Positions 29,307-47,079 are shown, counted from the first letter of the stretch. The stretch is 64,000 nucleotides of DNA from the human T2T-CHM13v2.0 reference genome, Homo sapiens (GCF_009914755.1 NC_060930.1); one strand, 5' to 3'. Notes: generated by a model from the letters alone, not told the origin. Made by a program: numbers and translations.

Positions 29307-29756
29307 TATAATTGAATTTTTAACATTAATCTTGTATTTGCAATTTTGTAAAAACCACTTATGAGTTCTAACAGCTTTTTTTGTGGATTTTGCTAGATTT
29401 TCTATATATTCAGGATTTGTTATCTATGAATAAAGACAGTTTTACTTCCTTTCTATTCTGGAGGCCTTTTATTTCTTTTTCTTGTCTTTTTGCACTGACT
29501 AGAAGCTTGAGTACGGTGTTGGATAAAAGTGATGAGACCAGACATCCTTTCTTTGCTTCTGATCTTAGAGGGAAAGTTATCAGTCTTTTACTCTTAAATA
29601 TGGATGTTAGCCCAGGGTTTTTTGTAGATGCCCTTTATTAAGATGTAGGAAGATTTGAGCACTTTTATCAAGAATGAATGTTGGATTTCATTAAGGCTTT
29701 TCTACATGTGTGGAAATGATCACTTTGCTTTTTTTTTCTTTTAGTTTCATATTTTA

Positions 29757-30518
<762 letters not shown>

Positions 30519-30629
30519 TCAATTGATACATGAATGTTAGATCAACTGCGCGTTTCTGAAATAATCTCCATTTGGTAATGATGTATTCATCTTTTTTATA
30601 TATTGTTGAATTTGCTAACATACATCAAT

Positions 30630-30965
30630 GTTTTTATTATACTTTAAGTTCTGGGATACATGTGCAGAACATGCAGGTTTGTTACATAGGTATACATGTG
30701 CCATGGTAGTTTGCTGCACCCATCAACCTGTCATCTACATTAGGTACTTCTTCTAATGCTATCCCTCCCCTAGCTCCACATCCCCTGACAGGCCCCAGTG
30801 TGTGATGTTCTCCTCCCTATGACCATGTGTTCTCGTTGTTCAAATCCCATGTATGAGTGAGAACATGCGGTGTTTGGTTTTCTGTTCTTGTGTTAGTTTG
30901 CTGAGAATGATGGTTTCCAGCTTCATCCATGTCCCTGCAAAGGACATGAACTCATCCTTTTTACA
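30630..30965 (-). mobile_element. L1PA 3' end
   Basis: TTATACTTTAAGTTCTGGGATACATGTGCAGAAC; reverse translation FMSFAGTWMKLETIILSKL. Confidence 0.92.
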
Positions 30966-32689
30966 TGATTTTAATTTTATAACTTCTCCCTTTAATTTAT
31001 TTTTACAGTTTTTATTGTGAGAATAGTCCATGAGGTTGACAAAAACTCAAGCCATGCTCTCTAATAGATTCCACTCCCCTCCTCAGAAAAGAACTGTCCT
31101 CTTTAAACTCAGTCAGTGTTAAGAGGATCATTACTGAATTTACAGATTCATTCTGCATAGATTTGGCTTCCTAAGAAGAGTATTTAAAGGGTGGAGCAAA
31201 TGGCTAAAAACAAGGCTCTACCAATCATTCCCCCTCCACCCCTTAGGAACACCAAACTTAACAACTGTCTACACAAAGAACACAGTTATAAGAACCAAAA
31301 ATCAGATGAGCACTCACAGTACCTGGTTTTAACTTCATATCACTAAAAGATCAATGAAGAGGGTAAGAAAGACAGTCTTGAATTGCAGATGCATCCCTCC
31401 CCCATACCTGGGCAGTGTCCACATGGTGTGGAGAGAGAATCTGTGCACTTGGGAGAGGGATAGCATAGAGATTATGGGACTTTACGTTGAAGTGAGTGCT
31501 TCCCTGTGACAGTGGAAAGCAAAATCAGGCTGCACTCAGCTGAAGCCCACCCGTAGAAGGAGTGTATAAACCAGCACTAGCCAGAGGGGAATCACCCATC
31601 CCAGAAGTCAGAACTTGAGTTCTGGCAAACCTCACCACCATGATTAAAGTACTCTGAGGCCCTATATAAACTTGAAAAGCAGTCTTGATCACAAGGACTG
31701 CAACTCTTAGCAAGTCCTAGTACAGAGCTGGGCTCAGAGCCATTGGAGTTGTGGGGACACATGACCCACTGAGACAGCAGCCAGGGCAGCTAAGAGAGTG
31801 CTTGCACCACTGTTTCCCCAATTGCAGACTGCACATTCTGTGGCTCCAAAAGATACCCCTTCCTTCCACTTGAGGAGAGGAGAGGGAAGAATAAAGAGGA
31901 GCCTGTCTTACATCTTGGATACCAGCTCAGCTACAGTAGGATAGGTCACCAGGCAGAGTCATTAGGCCTCTTTTCCAGGCTGTAGCTCCTGGATAACATT
32001 TCTAGACCACACAGGACCAAGAGGGAACCCACTGCCTTGAAGGGAAGGACCCAGTCCTGGTAGGACCCATCACCTGCAAACTAAAGAGCCCTTGGGCCCT
32101 GAATAACCAGTAGCAATACCCAAGTAGAATGCTGTGGGCCTTGAGTGAGACTCAGACATGCCAGTTTCAGGTGAGATCTACCACTTTCCCAGCTGTGGTG
32201 GCTCTGATGAGAGACTCCTTCTGAGAAATGCAGAGGGAAAAGTAAATGGGACTTTGTCTTGTACTTTAGGTACCAGGTTGGCCATAGCAGGGTAGAGCAC
32301 CAAGTGGGCTTTTAGGGTCCTCAGTTCCAGGATTTGACTCTTGGATGATATTTCCGGACCCGCCCTAAGCCAGAGGCAGGAGAATCACTTGAATCCAGCA
32401 GGCAGAGGAGAGCCCACTGCCCTGAAGGGTTAGCCTCAGGCCTGTCAGCATTCACTGCAAGCTGACTGAGGAGACCTTTGGCCATAGGTGAACATTGGTG
32501 GTAGCCTGGCAGTACTACCTGTGGGAATGTAGTGGTGGTAGCCACAGAGTGAGGCTCCTTTGCCTGTGGAAAGGAGAGGGAAGAGTGAGAGGAACTGCAT
32601 CTTGTGGTTTGAGTACCAGCACAGCTCCGGTACAATATCACTCGAGGTAGATTTCTAGGGTTTTTCACTCCAGTCCCTGGCTCAGGGAC

Positions 32690-33347
32690 AGGATCTCTGG
32701 ACCCACCTGGGGCTTGAGGGAACTTGTCGATACCCTGAAGGGAAGGATGCAAGCCTGGCTGGCTTCACCTACTGCTAATTATAGAGCCCTAGGACCTTGA
32801 GCAAACATAGGCAGTAGCCAGGTAGTGGTTACTGCAGGCCTTGGCCAAGCCCCAGTGCTGTGCTGGCTTCAGGTCTAACCCAGCATAATCCCAGTGGTTG
32901 TGGCCACAAGGGTGCTTGTGTCACCCCTTCTCCAGCTCCAAGCAGCTCAGAACAGAGAGAGAGAGAGAGGGAAGGGAGACTCTGTTTGTTTGGGAGATAG
33001 TAAGGTAAAAGAATGAGAGGATCTCTGGACCCACCTGGGGCTTGAGGGAACTTGTCGATACCCTGAAGGGAAGGATGCAAGCCTGGCTGGCTTCACCTAC
33101 TGCTAATTATAGAGCCCTAGGACCTTGAGCAAACATAGGCAGTAGCCAGGTAGTGGTTACTGCAGGCCTTGGCCAAGCCCCAGTGCTGTGCTGGCTTCAG
33201 GTCTAACCCAGCATAATCCCAGTGGTTGTGGCCACAAGGGTGCTTGTGTCACCCCTTCTCCAGCTCCAAGCAGCTCAGAACAGAGAGAGAGAGAGAGGGA
33301 AGGGAGACTCTGTTTGTTTGGGAGATAGTAAGGTAAAAGAATGAGAG
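32690..33347. repeat. Perfect 328-bp tandem duplication
   Basis: 32690-33017 equals 33018-33345, plus a 2-bp AG overlap; identical ORF fragments are offset by 328. Confidence 0.95.
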
Positions 33348-33662
33348 TCTGTCTGGTAGTCCAGAGAATTCTTCCGGATCTAATTGAGACCACCAAGTTG
33401 GTATTTCTGTGAGTTTGCAAGAACTATAACATTACTGGGCTTGGAGTGTCCCCTAATGCAGATACAGCGTAGATCACAACACCCAAGTCCTTTCAAGTAT
33501 CTGAAAAGCCTTCACAAGAATGGGTGCAAACAACCCATACTGCAAAGACAACAATAAATACCTAATTCTTTAATGTTCAGACACTGACAAACATCCACAA
33601 GGATCAAGCCCATCCTGGAAAACATGACTTCACTAAATGAACTAAATAAAGTACCATGGACC

Positions 33663-33960
<298 letters not shown>

Positions 33961-34836
33961 AGGTACCAGGGACCAATCCTAGAGAAACAGCTATGTAACC
34001 TTTCAGAAAGAGAATTCAAAATAGCTATTTTGAGGAAATGCAAAGAAATTAAAGATCACACAGAGAAAGAATTAAGAATTCTGTCAGATAAATTTAATGA
34101 AGAGATTGAGATAATTAAAAAGAATCAAGCAGAAAATTCTTGAGTTGAAAAATGCAATTTACATACCGAAGAATGCATCAGAGTCTTTTAATACCAGAAA
34201 TGATTAAGCAGAAGAATGAATTAGCTTGAATACAGGCTATTTCAAAAGAGACAGTCAGAGGAGACAAAATAAAAAAGAAGAAAAAAGCATAAAAAGAATG
34301 TAGCATACCTACAAGATCAAGAAAATAGCCTCAAAAGGACAAATCTAAGTTATTGGCCTTGAAGGGGAAGTAGAGAAAGAGAGGGGCAAAAAGTTTATTC
34401 AAAGGGATAATAACAGAGAACTTCCCAAATCTAGAGAAAGATATCCATATCCAAGTACAAGAATGTTACAGAAGCAGATTTAATCTAAAGAAGACCACCT
34501 CAAGGCACTTAGTAATCATACTCCCAAAAGTCAAGGATAAAGAAATAATCTTAAAAGCAGCAAGAGAAATGAAACAAATAGCATACAATGGAGCTCCAAT
34601 ACATCTGGCAGCAGATGTTTCAGTGGAAAGCTTACAGGCCAGGTGAGAGTGTCATGACATAGTTAAAGAGCTGAAGGAAAAAATCTTTTATCCTAGAATA
34701 CTATATCCTGTGAAAATATCCTTCAAACCTGAAGGAGAAATAAAGACATTCCCAAAGTCTGAGGGATTTCATCAACACCAGACCTGTCCTACAAAAACAT
34801 GCTAAAGGGAATTCTCCAATCAGAAATAAAAGGATG

Positions 34837-35448
<612 letters not shown>

Positions 35449-38400
35449 GGATTATAATGAGCAATAAGAAATCATTTGAAGGTACAGAACTGACTGGTAG
35501 TAATCAGTACACAGAAGAACACAGATTATAACACTGTGATTCTTGTGTGTAAACTACTCTTAAGTAAAAAGGCTAAAGGATGATCCAATAAAAAATAAGT
35601 ACAACAACTTTCAAGACATAGAAAGTACAATAAGATATAAATAGAAACAACAAAAAGTTAAAAAGTGGGGAGACAAAGCTAAGGTTTGGAGTTTTTTATT
35701 AGTTTATGCAAACAGTGTTAAATTGCTATCAGCTAAATTTAATGTGTTATAGTATTTGCAAGCCTCATAACTTTGAATAAAAAAATTAATAGATATGTAA
35801 ATAATAAAAAGCAAGAAATTAAATCATACCACTAGGGAAAATCACCTTCACTGAAAGGAAGACAGGAAGGAAGGTGGAAAGAAAGAGAAGACCACAAAAC
35901 AACCAGAAAACAAATAACAAAATGGCAGGAGTAAGACCTTACTTACCAATAACAACATTACATGCAAATGGACTAAACTCTCCAATCAAAAGACATAGAT
36001 TAGTTAAACAGATAAAAAGATAAGCCCCAAAGATCTATTGCCTACAATAAACACAATTCACCTATAAAGACACACATAAACTAAAAACAAAGGAATGGAA
36101 AAAAGATATTCCAGGCAATGGAAACCAAGAAAGAGCAGGACTAGCTATACTTATGTAAGATAAAATAGATTTCAAGACAAAAACTATAAGAAGAGACAAA
36201 AAGATCACTATATAATGATAAAGGGTCAATTCAGAAAGGGGATATAACAATTATAAATACATACACATTCTTTTCCTCAGCACGCGGATTATTCTCAAGA
36301 ATAGACCATATGTTAGGTAACAAAACAAGTCTTAAAACATTTTCAAAAATTGAAATAGTATCAAGCATCTTCTCTGACCACAATGGAATAAAACAAGAAA
36401 TCAATAACAACAAGAGGAATTTTGGAAACTATACAGACACATAGAAATTAAACACTATGGTGCTGAATGACCAGGGGTTCAATGAAGAAACTAAGAAAAC
36501 TGGAAAACTTCTTGTAACAAATGACAATGTAACACAACATACCAAAACGTATGGAATGCTGTGAAAGTAGTACTAAGAGGGAATTTTATAGCTGTAAGTG
36601 CCTACATCAAAAAAGAAGAAAAGCTTTAAATAACCTAGCAGTGCATCTTAAGGAACTAGAAAAGCAAGAGCCCTCAAACCCAAAATTAGTAGAAGACAAG
36701 AAATAATAAAAATCAGAGCAGAAATAAATAAAATTGAAACAAACAAAACAGTACAAATGATCAACAAAACTAAAAGTTTGTCTTTTGAAAACATAAAATT
36801 GACAAACCTTTACCCAGTCCAAGAAAAAACAAGAGAAGAGCCAAATAAACAAAATCAGAGATGAAAAAGGAGACATTACAACTAATACTGCAAAAATTCA
36901 GAGGCTTATTCGTGGCTTCTATGAGCAACTTTACGCCAACAACTTAGAAGATCTAGAAGAAATGGATAAATTCTTAAACACATACAACCTACCAATATTG
37001 AGCCATGAAGAAATCGAAAACCTGAACAGACCAATAATAAGTCACATCACAGGACTCTTTATAGACATTTTCTAGCACCAGTCTGAAGCCTGATAGCCCT
37101 GCTGGGTGGCTAGACCTAGAAGGGCAATAACAATCACTGCAATCAGGCTCCAAGGAAGCCCCATCCAGGAAGGCAGAATGCACCACATCAAGGGATCACT
37201 GCATGGGACAAAAGAATCCGAACAGCAGTTTTTGAGTTCCAGATTTTTCCACTAAAATAGTCTACCCAAATGAGAAGGAATCAGAGAAACAATTTGGGTA
37301 ATAGGACAAAACTAAGTTTCATATCACCCCCAAAAGGCCACACTAATTCCCCAGCAATGGATTCAAACGAAGAAGAAATCTCTTAATTGCCACATAATTA
37401 ATTTAGGTTGATTATTAAGCTACTGAAGGAGACACCAGAGAAAGGTGAAAACCAACTTAATGAAATAAAAACAAAAATGCAGGATATGAATGAAAAAATC
37501 TCCAGAGAAATAGATATTAGAGAGAAAAAACAATCACAACTTCTGGAAATGAAAGACACTCTTAGAGAAATACAAAGTTCACTGGAAAGTGTCAACAATA
37601 GCCTAGAACAAGTAGAAGAAAGGACTTCAGAGCTCAAAGAAAAGACTCTCAAATTAATTCAATTGACAAAGACAAAGGAAAATGAATCTTAAAAAATGAA
37701 CAAAGCCTCAAGAAATTTGGGATTATGTTAAATGGCCAAACCTAAGAATAATTGGCATTCCTGAGGAAGAAGAGAAATCCAAAAGTTTGGAAAACTTATT
37801 TGAGGGAATAATCAAGGAAAACTTTCATGGCCTCACTAAAGATCTAGACACCCAAATACAAGAAGCTCAAAGAACACCTGGGAAATTTATCACTAAAAGA
37901 TCATCATCACCTAGGCACATAGTCATCAGGTTATCTAAAGTCAAGATAAAGGAAAGAATCTTAAGAGCTGTAAGGCAAAAGCATCAGGTAAACTGTAAAG
38001 GAAAACCTATCAGATTAACTGCAGATTTCTTAGTGAAACTCTACGGGACAGAAGGGATTGGGGTCCTATCTTTAGCCTCCTAAAAGAAAATAATTGCCAG
38101 CCAAGAATTTTGTATCCAGCAAAACAACTTCATAAATGAAGGACAGATAAAGTCTTTTCCAGGCAAACAAATGCTAAGAGAATTTTCCACTAGTAAGCCA
38201 GGACTACAAGAACTGCTAAAAGGAGCTCTAAATCTTGAAACAAAACTCAAAACACACCAAAATAGAATCTCCTTAAAGCATAAATCTCAGGGCCTATAAA
38301 ACAATAACACAATAAAAAAAAAAACCCAAGGTATTCAGGCAACAACTAGCATGATGAATAAAACAGTACCCCATACCTCAGTACTAACGTTGAATGTAAA

Positions 38401-38516
38401 TGGTCTAAATGCTCCATTTAAAAATATAGAATGGCAGAATGCTATCTTCAAGAGACTCGCCTAACACATAAAGACTCACATAAACTTAAGGTAAAGGGGT
38501 AGAAAAAGATACTCCA

Positions 38517-38919
<403 letters not shown>

Positions 38920-39962
38920 TCAATCCAACAGGAAAATATCACAATCTTAAATATATATGCACCTAACACTGGATCTCCCAAATTTATAAAACAATTATTA
39001 CTAGACCTAAGAAATGAGATAGGTGGCAACACAATAATAGTGGGGGACTTTAATACTCCACTGATAGCACTAGACAGGTCATCAAGACAGAAAATCTAAT
39101 GGATTTAAACTCTACCCTAGAACAAATGGACTTAACAGATATTTACAGAACATTCTACCCAACAACTGCAGAATATACTTCTTTTCATCAGCACATAGAA
39201 CATTCTCCAAGATAGACCGTATGATAGGCCACAAAAACAAGTCTCAATTAATGTAAGAAAATCAAAATTATATCAAGTGCCCTCTCAAACCACAGTGGAA
39301 TAAAATTATAAGTTAACTCCAAAAGGAACCCTCAAAACTATACCAATACATGGAAATTAAATATCTGCTCCTGGATAACCCCTGAGCCAACAATGAAATC
39401 AAGGTGGAAATTAAAAGTTTTTGAACTCAGTGATAATAGTGACAAAACTTAAAACCTCTGGGATACAACAAAAGCAGTGCTAAGAGAAAAGTTCATAGCA
39501 TTATATACCTACATCAAAAAGTCTGAAAAAGCACAAATAGACAATCTAAGGTCATACCTCAAGGAGCTAGAGAAACGAGAACAAACCAAACCCAAACCAA
39601 GCAGAAGAAAAGAAATAACAAAGATCAGAGCAGAATTAAATGAAATTGAAACAAAAAATGACAAAAGATAAATTAAAAAGCTGGTTCTTTGAAAAGATTA
39701 AAAAAGGTTAGACCATTAGCGAGATAAACAAGAAGAGAGATCCAAATAAGCTCAATTAGAAACAAAATGGGTGATATTGCACCTGATATCACAGAAATGC
39801 AAAAGATCATCCAAGTCTACTATGAACGCCTTTATTTGCACAAACTAGAAAATCTAGAGGTGATGAATAAATCCCTGGATATATACAATCCTCCTAGATT
39901 AAATCAGGAAGAAATAGAAACTCTGAACAGACCAATAACAAGTAGTGAGATTGAAACAGTAA

Positions 39963-40433
<471 letters not shown>

Positions 40434-40506
40434 TAAATCATTCTAGGAAGCCGGTATCATCCTGATACCAAAACTAGGAAAGGACATAACGAAAAAAGAA
40501 AACTAC

Positions 40507-40889
<383 letters not shown>

Positions 40890-42757
40890 CTAGCTAACCA
40901 ATTCCAACAGCATATTAAAACGATAATACAGCATAATCAAGTGGGTTTCATACCAGGGATGCAGGGATGTTTTAACATACACAAGTCAATAAATGTGATA
41001 CATCACATAAACAGAATTAAAAACAAATATCATGTGATTATCTCAACAGATGCAGAAAAAACATTTGATAAAATCCAGCATCCCTTTATGATTAAAACCA
41101 TCAGCAAAATTGTCATAGAAGGGACATACTAGTAAACCAAATTCAGTGTGATACATTATATCAGCAGAATGGAAGACAAAAACTATATGAACATTTCAAT
41201 TGATACTGAAAAAGCATTTGATAAAATTCAGCATTCCTTTATAAGAAAAACCCTCAAAAAGTTGGGTATAGAAGGAACATCCACCTCAACATAAAATCCA
41301 CATACAACAGACCCACAGCTAGTATCATACTGAATTGGGAAAAACTGAAAAAAGCCTTTCCTTTAAGACCTAGAACATGACAAAGATGCCCATTGTCACC
41401 ACTGTTATCCAACATAGTACTGAAAGCCCTAGCTAGAGCAATCAGACAAGAGAAAGAAATAAAGGGCATCCAAATTGGAAATAAAGAAGGCAAATTATCC
41501 TTGTTTGCAGATATGATCTTATATTTGGAAAAACCTAAAGACCCCAACAAAAAACTAGTAAAACTGATAAACAAATTCAGTAAAGTTGCAGGATACAAAA
41601 TCAAATAAAAAATCAGTAGCATTTCTATGTGCCAAAAGCAAACAATCTGAAAAGGAATCAAGAAATTAAGCCCATTTACAATAGCTACAAGGAAAATTAA
41701 ATTCCTAGGAATTAACCTAAGCAAATAAGTGAAATATCTCTGTAATGAAAGCCATAAAACATTGGTGAAAGAAATTGAAGAGGACACACACACACACAAA
41801 AGGAAAGATATTCCATTTTCATGGATGGGAAGACTAAATATTGTTAAAATATTCCTACTACCCAAAGCAACCTATGGATTCATTGCAATTCCAATCAAAA
41901 TACCTATGACATTCTTCACAGAAATAGAAAAAAAAAATCTTAAAATGTGTATGGAGCCAAGCAAAAGACCCAGAATAGCCAAAGTTATCCTGAGCAAAAA
42001 GAACATAATTGGAGGAATCACATTGCCTGACTTCAAATCATACTACAGAGCTATAAGTAACCAAAACAGCATGGTACTGGCATAAAAACAGACACATAGA
42101 CTAATAGACCAGAATAGAGCATGCAGAAACAAACCCATACATCTCCAGTGAACTCATTTTCAACAAAATTGCCAAGAACATACATTGAGGAAAGGACAAT
42201 CTCTTCAATAAATAATAGTGCTGGAAAAATGATATACGTATTCAGAAGAATGAGACTAGACAACTACCTCTCACCATATACAAAAATTAAATCAAAATGG
42301 ATTAAGGACTTAAATCTAAGACCTTGAAATATAAAACTACTCCAAGAAAACATTGAAGAAACTCTGTAGGACATTGGAGTGGGCAAAGATTTTTTGAGTA
42401 ATACCCCACAAGCAGAGGCAATCAAAGCAAAATTGGACAAATGGGATTACATCAAAATAAAGACTTCTGCACAGCAAAGTAAACAATCAACTATAAAGTG
42501 AAGATCCATCCCACAGAATAGGAAAAAATGTTTGCATACTATTCATCTATCAGAGATTAATAACCAGAATAGATAAGAAGCCCAAAAAAACTCAATGGGG
42601 AAAAAAATCTAATAATTCGATTAGAAGATGGGCAAAAGATCTGAATAGACAAATGGCAAACTGGCATATGAAAAGGTGCTGAACGTCACTGATCGTTAGA
42701 GAAATGCAAATCAAACAACAAAGATATCATCTCACCCCAGTTAAAATGGCTTTTATC

Positions 42758-43072
<315 letters not shown>

Positions 43073-43549
43073 GGCTTTCATCCAAAAGACAGGCAATAAT
43101 AAGTACTGGTAAGGATATGGTGAAAAGTGAACTCTTGTACACTGTTGGTGGGAATGTAAATGAGTACAACTACTATGGAGAACAGCTTAGAGGTTCCTCA
43201 AAATTTAAAATGTGATCCAGCAATCCCACTGCTAGCTATATACCCAAAAGAAAGGGAATCAGAATATGGCAAGGATATCTGCACTCCCATGTTTGTTGCA
43301 GCACTATTTACAACAGCCAAGATTTATGAGCAACCTAAGCGTCTATCAACAGACGAATAGATAAAAAAATGGGGTACATATACACAATGGAGTACTCTTC
43401 AGCCATAAAAAAGAATGTGTTGCTGTCATTTGCAACAACATGGATGGAACTGGAGGTCATTATATTAAATGAAATAAACCAGGCACAGAAAGACAAACTT
43501 TGCAAGTTCTCACATATTTGTGGGAGCTAAAAATCAAAACAATTGAACT

Positions 43550-43998
43550 TGTGAAAGGAAAATCTTAGGGCCCCCAAATTGCTAAGCTAAAGGGAAAAGT
43601 CAAGCTGGGAACTGCTTAGGGCCAACCTGCTTCCCATTCTATTCAAAGTCACCCCCCTGCTCACTGAGATAAATACATATCTGATTGCCTCCTTTAGAGA
43701 GGCTCATCAGGAACTCAAAAGAATGCAACCATTTGCTTCTTGTATCTACCTATAATTTGGAAGCCCCCTCCCCACTTTGAGTCTTCCCGCTTTTGCTTTG
43801 AGTTGTCCCACCTTTCCAAACTGAAACAATGTTCATCTTGCATATGTTGATTGATGTCTCATGTCAAACTGTGCTCTGACCACCTTGGGCACATGTCGTC
43901 AGAACCTCCTGAGGCTGTGTCACAGGTGCACGTCCTTAACCTTGCCAAAATAAACTTTCTAAATTAACTGAGACTGTCTCAGATTTTTGGTGTTCACA
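43550..43998 (+). mobile_element. ERV1 solo LTR (MER4A-like), 4-bp TSD AACT
   Basis: Termini TGTGAA...TTCACA; AACT at 43546-43549 and 43999-44002; internal AATAAA near the 3' end. Confidence 0.85.
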
Positions 43999-44014
43999 AA
44001 CTCATGGAGATAGA

Positions 44015-44640
44015 GTTTTCTTGGAGTAGTTTTATAGTTCGAGGTCTTAAATCCTTAATCCATTTTGATTTAATTTTTGTATATGGTGAGAGGTAGGGGT
44101 CTCGTCTCACTCTTCTGAATACATATATCATTTTCCAAGCACTATTATTTATTGAAGAGATTGTCCTTTCCCCAATGTATGTTCTTGGCAATTTTGTTGA
44201 AAATGCGTTCACTGGAGATGTATGGGTTTGTTTCTGCATTCTCTATTCTGTTCTGTTCGTCTATGTGTCTGTTTTTACGCCAGTACCATGCTGTTTTGTT
44301 TACTTATAGCTCTGTAGCATGATTTGAAGTCAGGTAATGTGATTTCTCCAGTTATGTTCATTTTTCTCTGGATAACTTTGGCTATTCTGGGTCTTTTGTG
44401 GTTCCATACACATTTTAAGATTTTTTTCCTATTTCTGTGAAGAATGTCATAGGTATTTTGATTGCATTGAATCCATAGGTTGCTTTGGGTAGTAGGAATA
44501 TTTTAACAATATTTAGTCTTCTCATCCATGAAAATGGAGTATCTTTCCTTTTTTTGTGTGTGTGTCCTCTTCAATTTCTTTCACCAATATTTTATGGCTT
44601 TCATTATGGAGATATTTCACTTATTTGTTTAAATTAATTC
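44015..44640 (-). repeat. Inverted copy of L1 ORF2 segment 41709-42351
   Basis: ORFs 42121..42327(+) and 43994..44239(-) are near-identical. Confidence 0.9.
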
Positions 44641-44929
44641 TGGCTGGGCACAAATCCCTGTTAATTCTCAGGAGCCCCAAATGTGTAATTTTATGGAGCC
44701 TACACACCTACCCACCCACCCACTCAATACTGGGAACTGGAACTCCTGTTGCATAACTCATTTTATTAAACATCTAAAAGTGAGTAAATTATAAACATTT
44801 TAAATTACTAGAACACTTTAAATTTGATTCTGATTGCTAGACTGATCTTTGTGGATGGATATCAGACCTGATGCGTGCCTAGCTGTCATAGTCAATAGAA
44901 GGATGAATTTCCTCTATTTGCTGACAACA

Positions 44930-45438
44930 TTCTTTTTTTTTTACATGAATGTTCATAGCTTTATCCATAAGAATCAAAAATTAGAGACAACCCAAATGTC
45001 TATCAACAAGGAAATGGATATACAAATCATGGCATATCTGCAGTGAACCACTACTCAGCAAGAAAGAGGAACCAACTACTGATACATGCAACAATTTGGA
45101 TGAATCTCAAATGCATTATACTAAGCAAAAGAAACCTTACATAAAAGAGTGCAATCTGAATGGCTCTTTTTGTTCCTTCAACTTTGGGGTACATGTGCAG
45201 GATGTGCAGGTTTGTTACATAGGTAAACATGTGCCATGGTGGTTTGCTGCATAGATCATCCCATCACCTACGTATTAAACCCGGCATCTATTAGCTATTC
45301 TTCCTGATGCTCTCCCTCATGCCCCCCACCCCCGACAGGCCTCAGTGTGTGTTGTTCCCCAACATGTGTCCATGTGTTCTCATTGTTCAGCTCCCAATTA
45401 TAAATGAGAACATGCAGTGTTTGGTTTTCTGTTCCTGT
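44930..45438. mobile_element. Old L1M 3' fragment (+, ~44930-45160) abutting an L1PA 3' end (-, ~45165-45438)
   Basis: ACAACCCAAATGTCTATCAAC...; GGGGTACATGTGCAGGATGTGCAGGTTTGTTAC. Confidence 0.8.
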
Positions 45439-47079
45439 GGATAACATTCTTTAGAGCATAAATTGTGGTCCTATTTTTAAATTATTAGTAGAAAAAAGTG
45501 GCTTAACATAAATTACAAATGTATTTTCAATAGTAACTGGTACATACTAGTTATTCAATAAAGTTACTAAACGAAAATAACATCAGTGACTTTTTCACAA
45601 TCTATAATTGGTTTATAAGATTGCCACCCAGCAATTGAATTTCAGTTTTCTGGAAGGACATTTTGCAACTAAATCTTACACCGGCAAGTCATGCAGCTCT
45701 ACAATGATGCTTTGGGGTGCATAACTAGGCTCTTCTTTGGCCATGGTAGATGATATCAACAGCTGCCTTAAAAATGTTCCAGCCAAAATTAGTTCAGCCC
45801 TGATTTATGATGTGGAACTCTGGAAATACAGCAGAGGGCTTTTTAGAACTAAAATAGATTCAATTATTATAGAGCAGCTTTCTGAGGAAAACTTTCATTT
45901 TGCTTGAAATGAAATGGTCAGAGAAGATGGCAATAACATAGCTTAACTCTGATTTCATAATTTGATGTCGTCTACTATTTCCATATGGTTCTATCACCAG
46001 AAATATAAAATAGCAGCATTACAGGTATTATTATTAATAACTTGCCAGATTGCAACCTCTGTTAGCCAAAAGCCCAAGAGAAGTGACATTTAAGGAAGAT
46101 TGTCCAAGGGGCTTTTCATTTCTTTATTCTCAATTTTATCCTTGGATCACATTAGGCCACTAGACAGCTACTACTTACTAGTCTGGCACATTTTGCCGAC
46201 TCTTACATTGAGTTATTCTTAAATGCTGTAATTTCCCTTTTTATCAAAGGTTACTTCAAGAAACAGCTTTGTGAAACCGCAGCTTTTGTTGTAAAAATAA
46301 TTAAGAATATCAATCATGACATCATCTAAATGTCTTCTATTAAAAAGTCCTAAATGAGGAATTCCTTTTAGAATTCAAGGCTAGGAAAGCTTTTTCTCCT
46401 GAAAAATCCTTCCGCTTTTCTGATAAGGGTCATCTAACCATACATCTTTCACCCTAGCTCAAAGATGCATGGAGAAAACACTGAAGTTGAAGCCTGGTTA
46501 TGTTGGCCTTCAATTACACATTTGTATTCTCCTTTCAATTAGTCCTAATTTTCCACAACTATTGGTAGTTTCAATAAAGAATATACACTTTTAGTGTCTT
46601 CTGTGTCGTCACTTGTAAACCTTTTTGATTAAAGCAGTGTATGAATTTTTCACATGTATATACATATACATTAAATATAAAATGGTAATAAACTTAAAAT
46701 TTAAAGGAATTTATCTATCTACAATCACATACACAAGCATGCATGTGGACACATACACATGGCATCAGTTTTTCTGTTAAAGATACATACCTGTTTCATT
46801 CAATTAATCTAATAACCTAGTAGGAATCAGGCACTGTAGCCTGGGCATGGTGGCTGCATCTAGTCTGAGTTCCATGAGGACAGGGATACATGTGTTTTGT
46901 TCAATTTATCCCAACCACGTTAAGTAATACCTGGCACCCAATAAATATGTTGAATAAACAAATAGCTGTTAAGTAAGTGCTATGGGTGCACCTAGGAAGG
47001 AATGTATAATTCAGTGTGAAGGCATGAAAAAAGCCTTCACAGAGCCTCAAAAACTGGGAGATAAGTGTGAATGCCTTGG

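Noticed and set aside
32690-33347. Direct repeats as a CRISPR-like array or LTR pair
   Set aside because: Two abutting copies with no spacer, no TG...CA termini and no cas-like genes.
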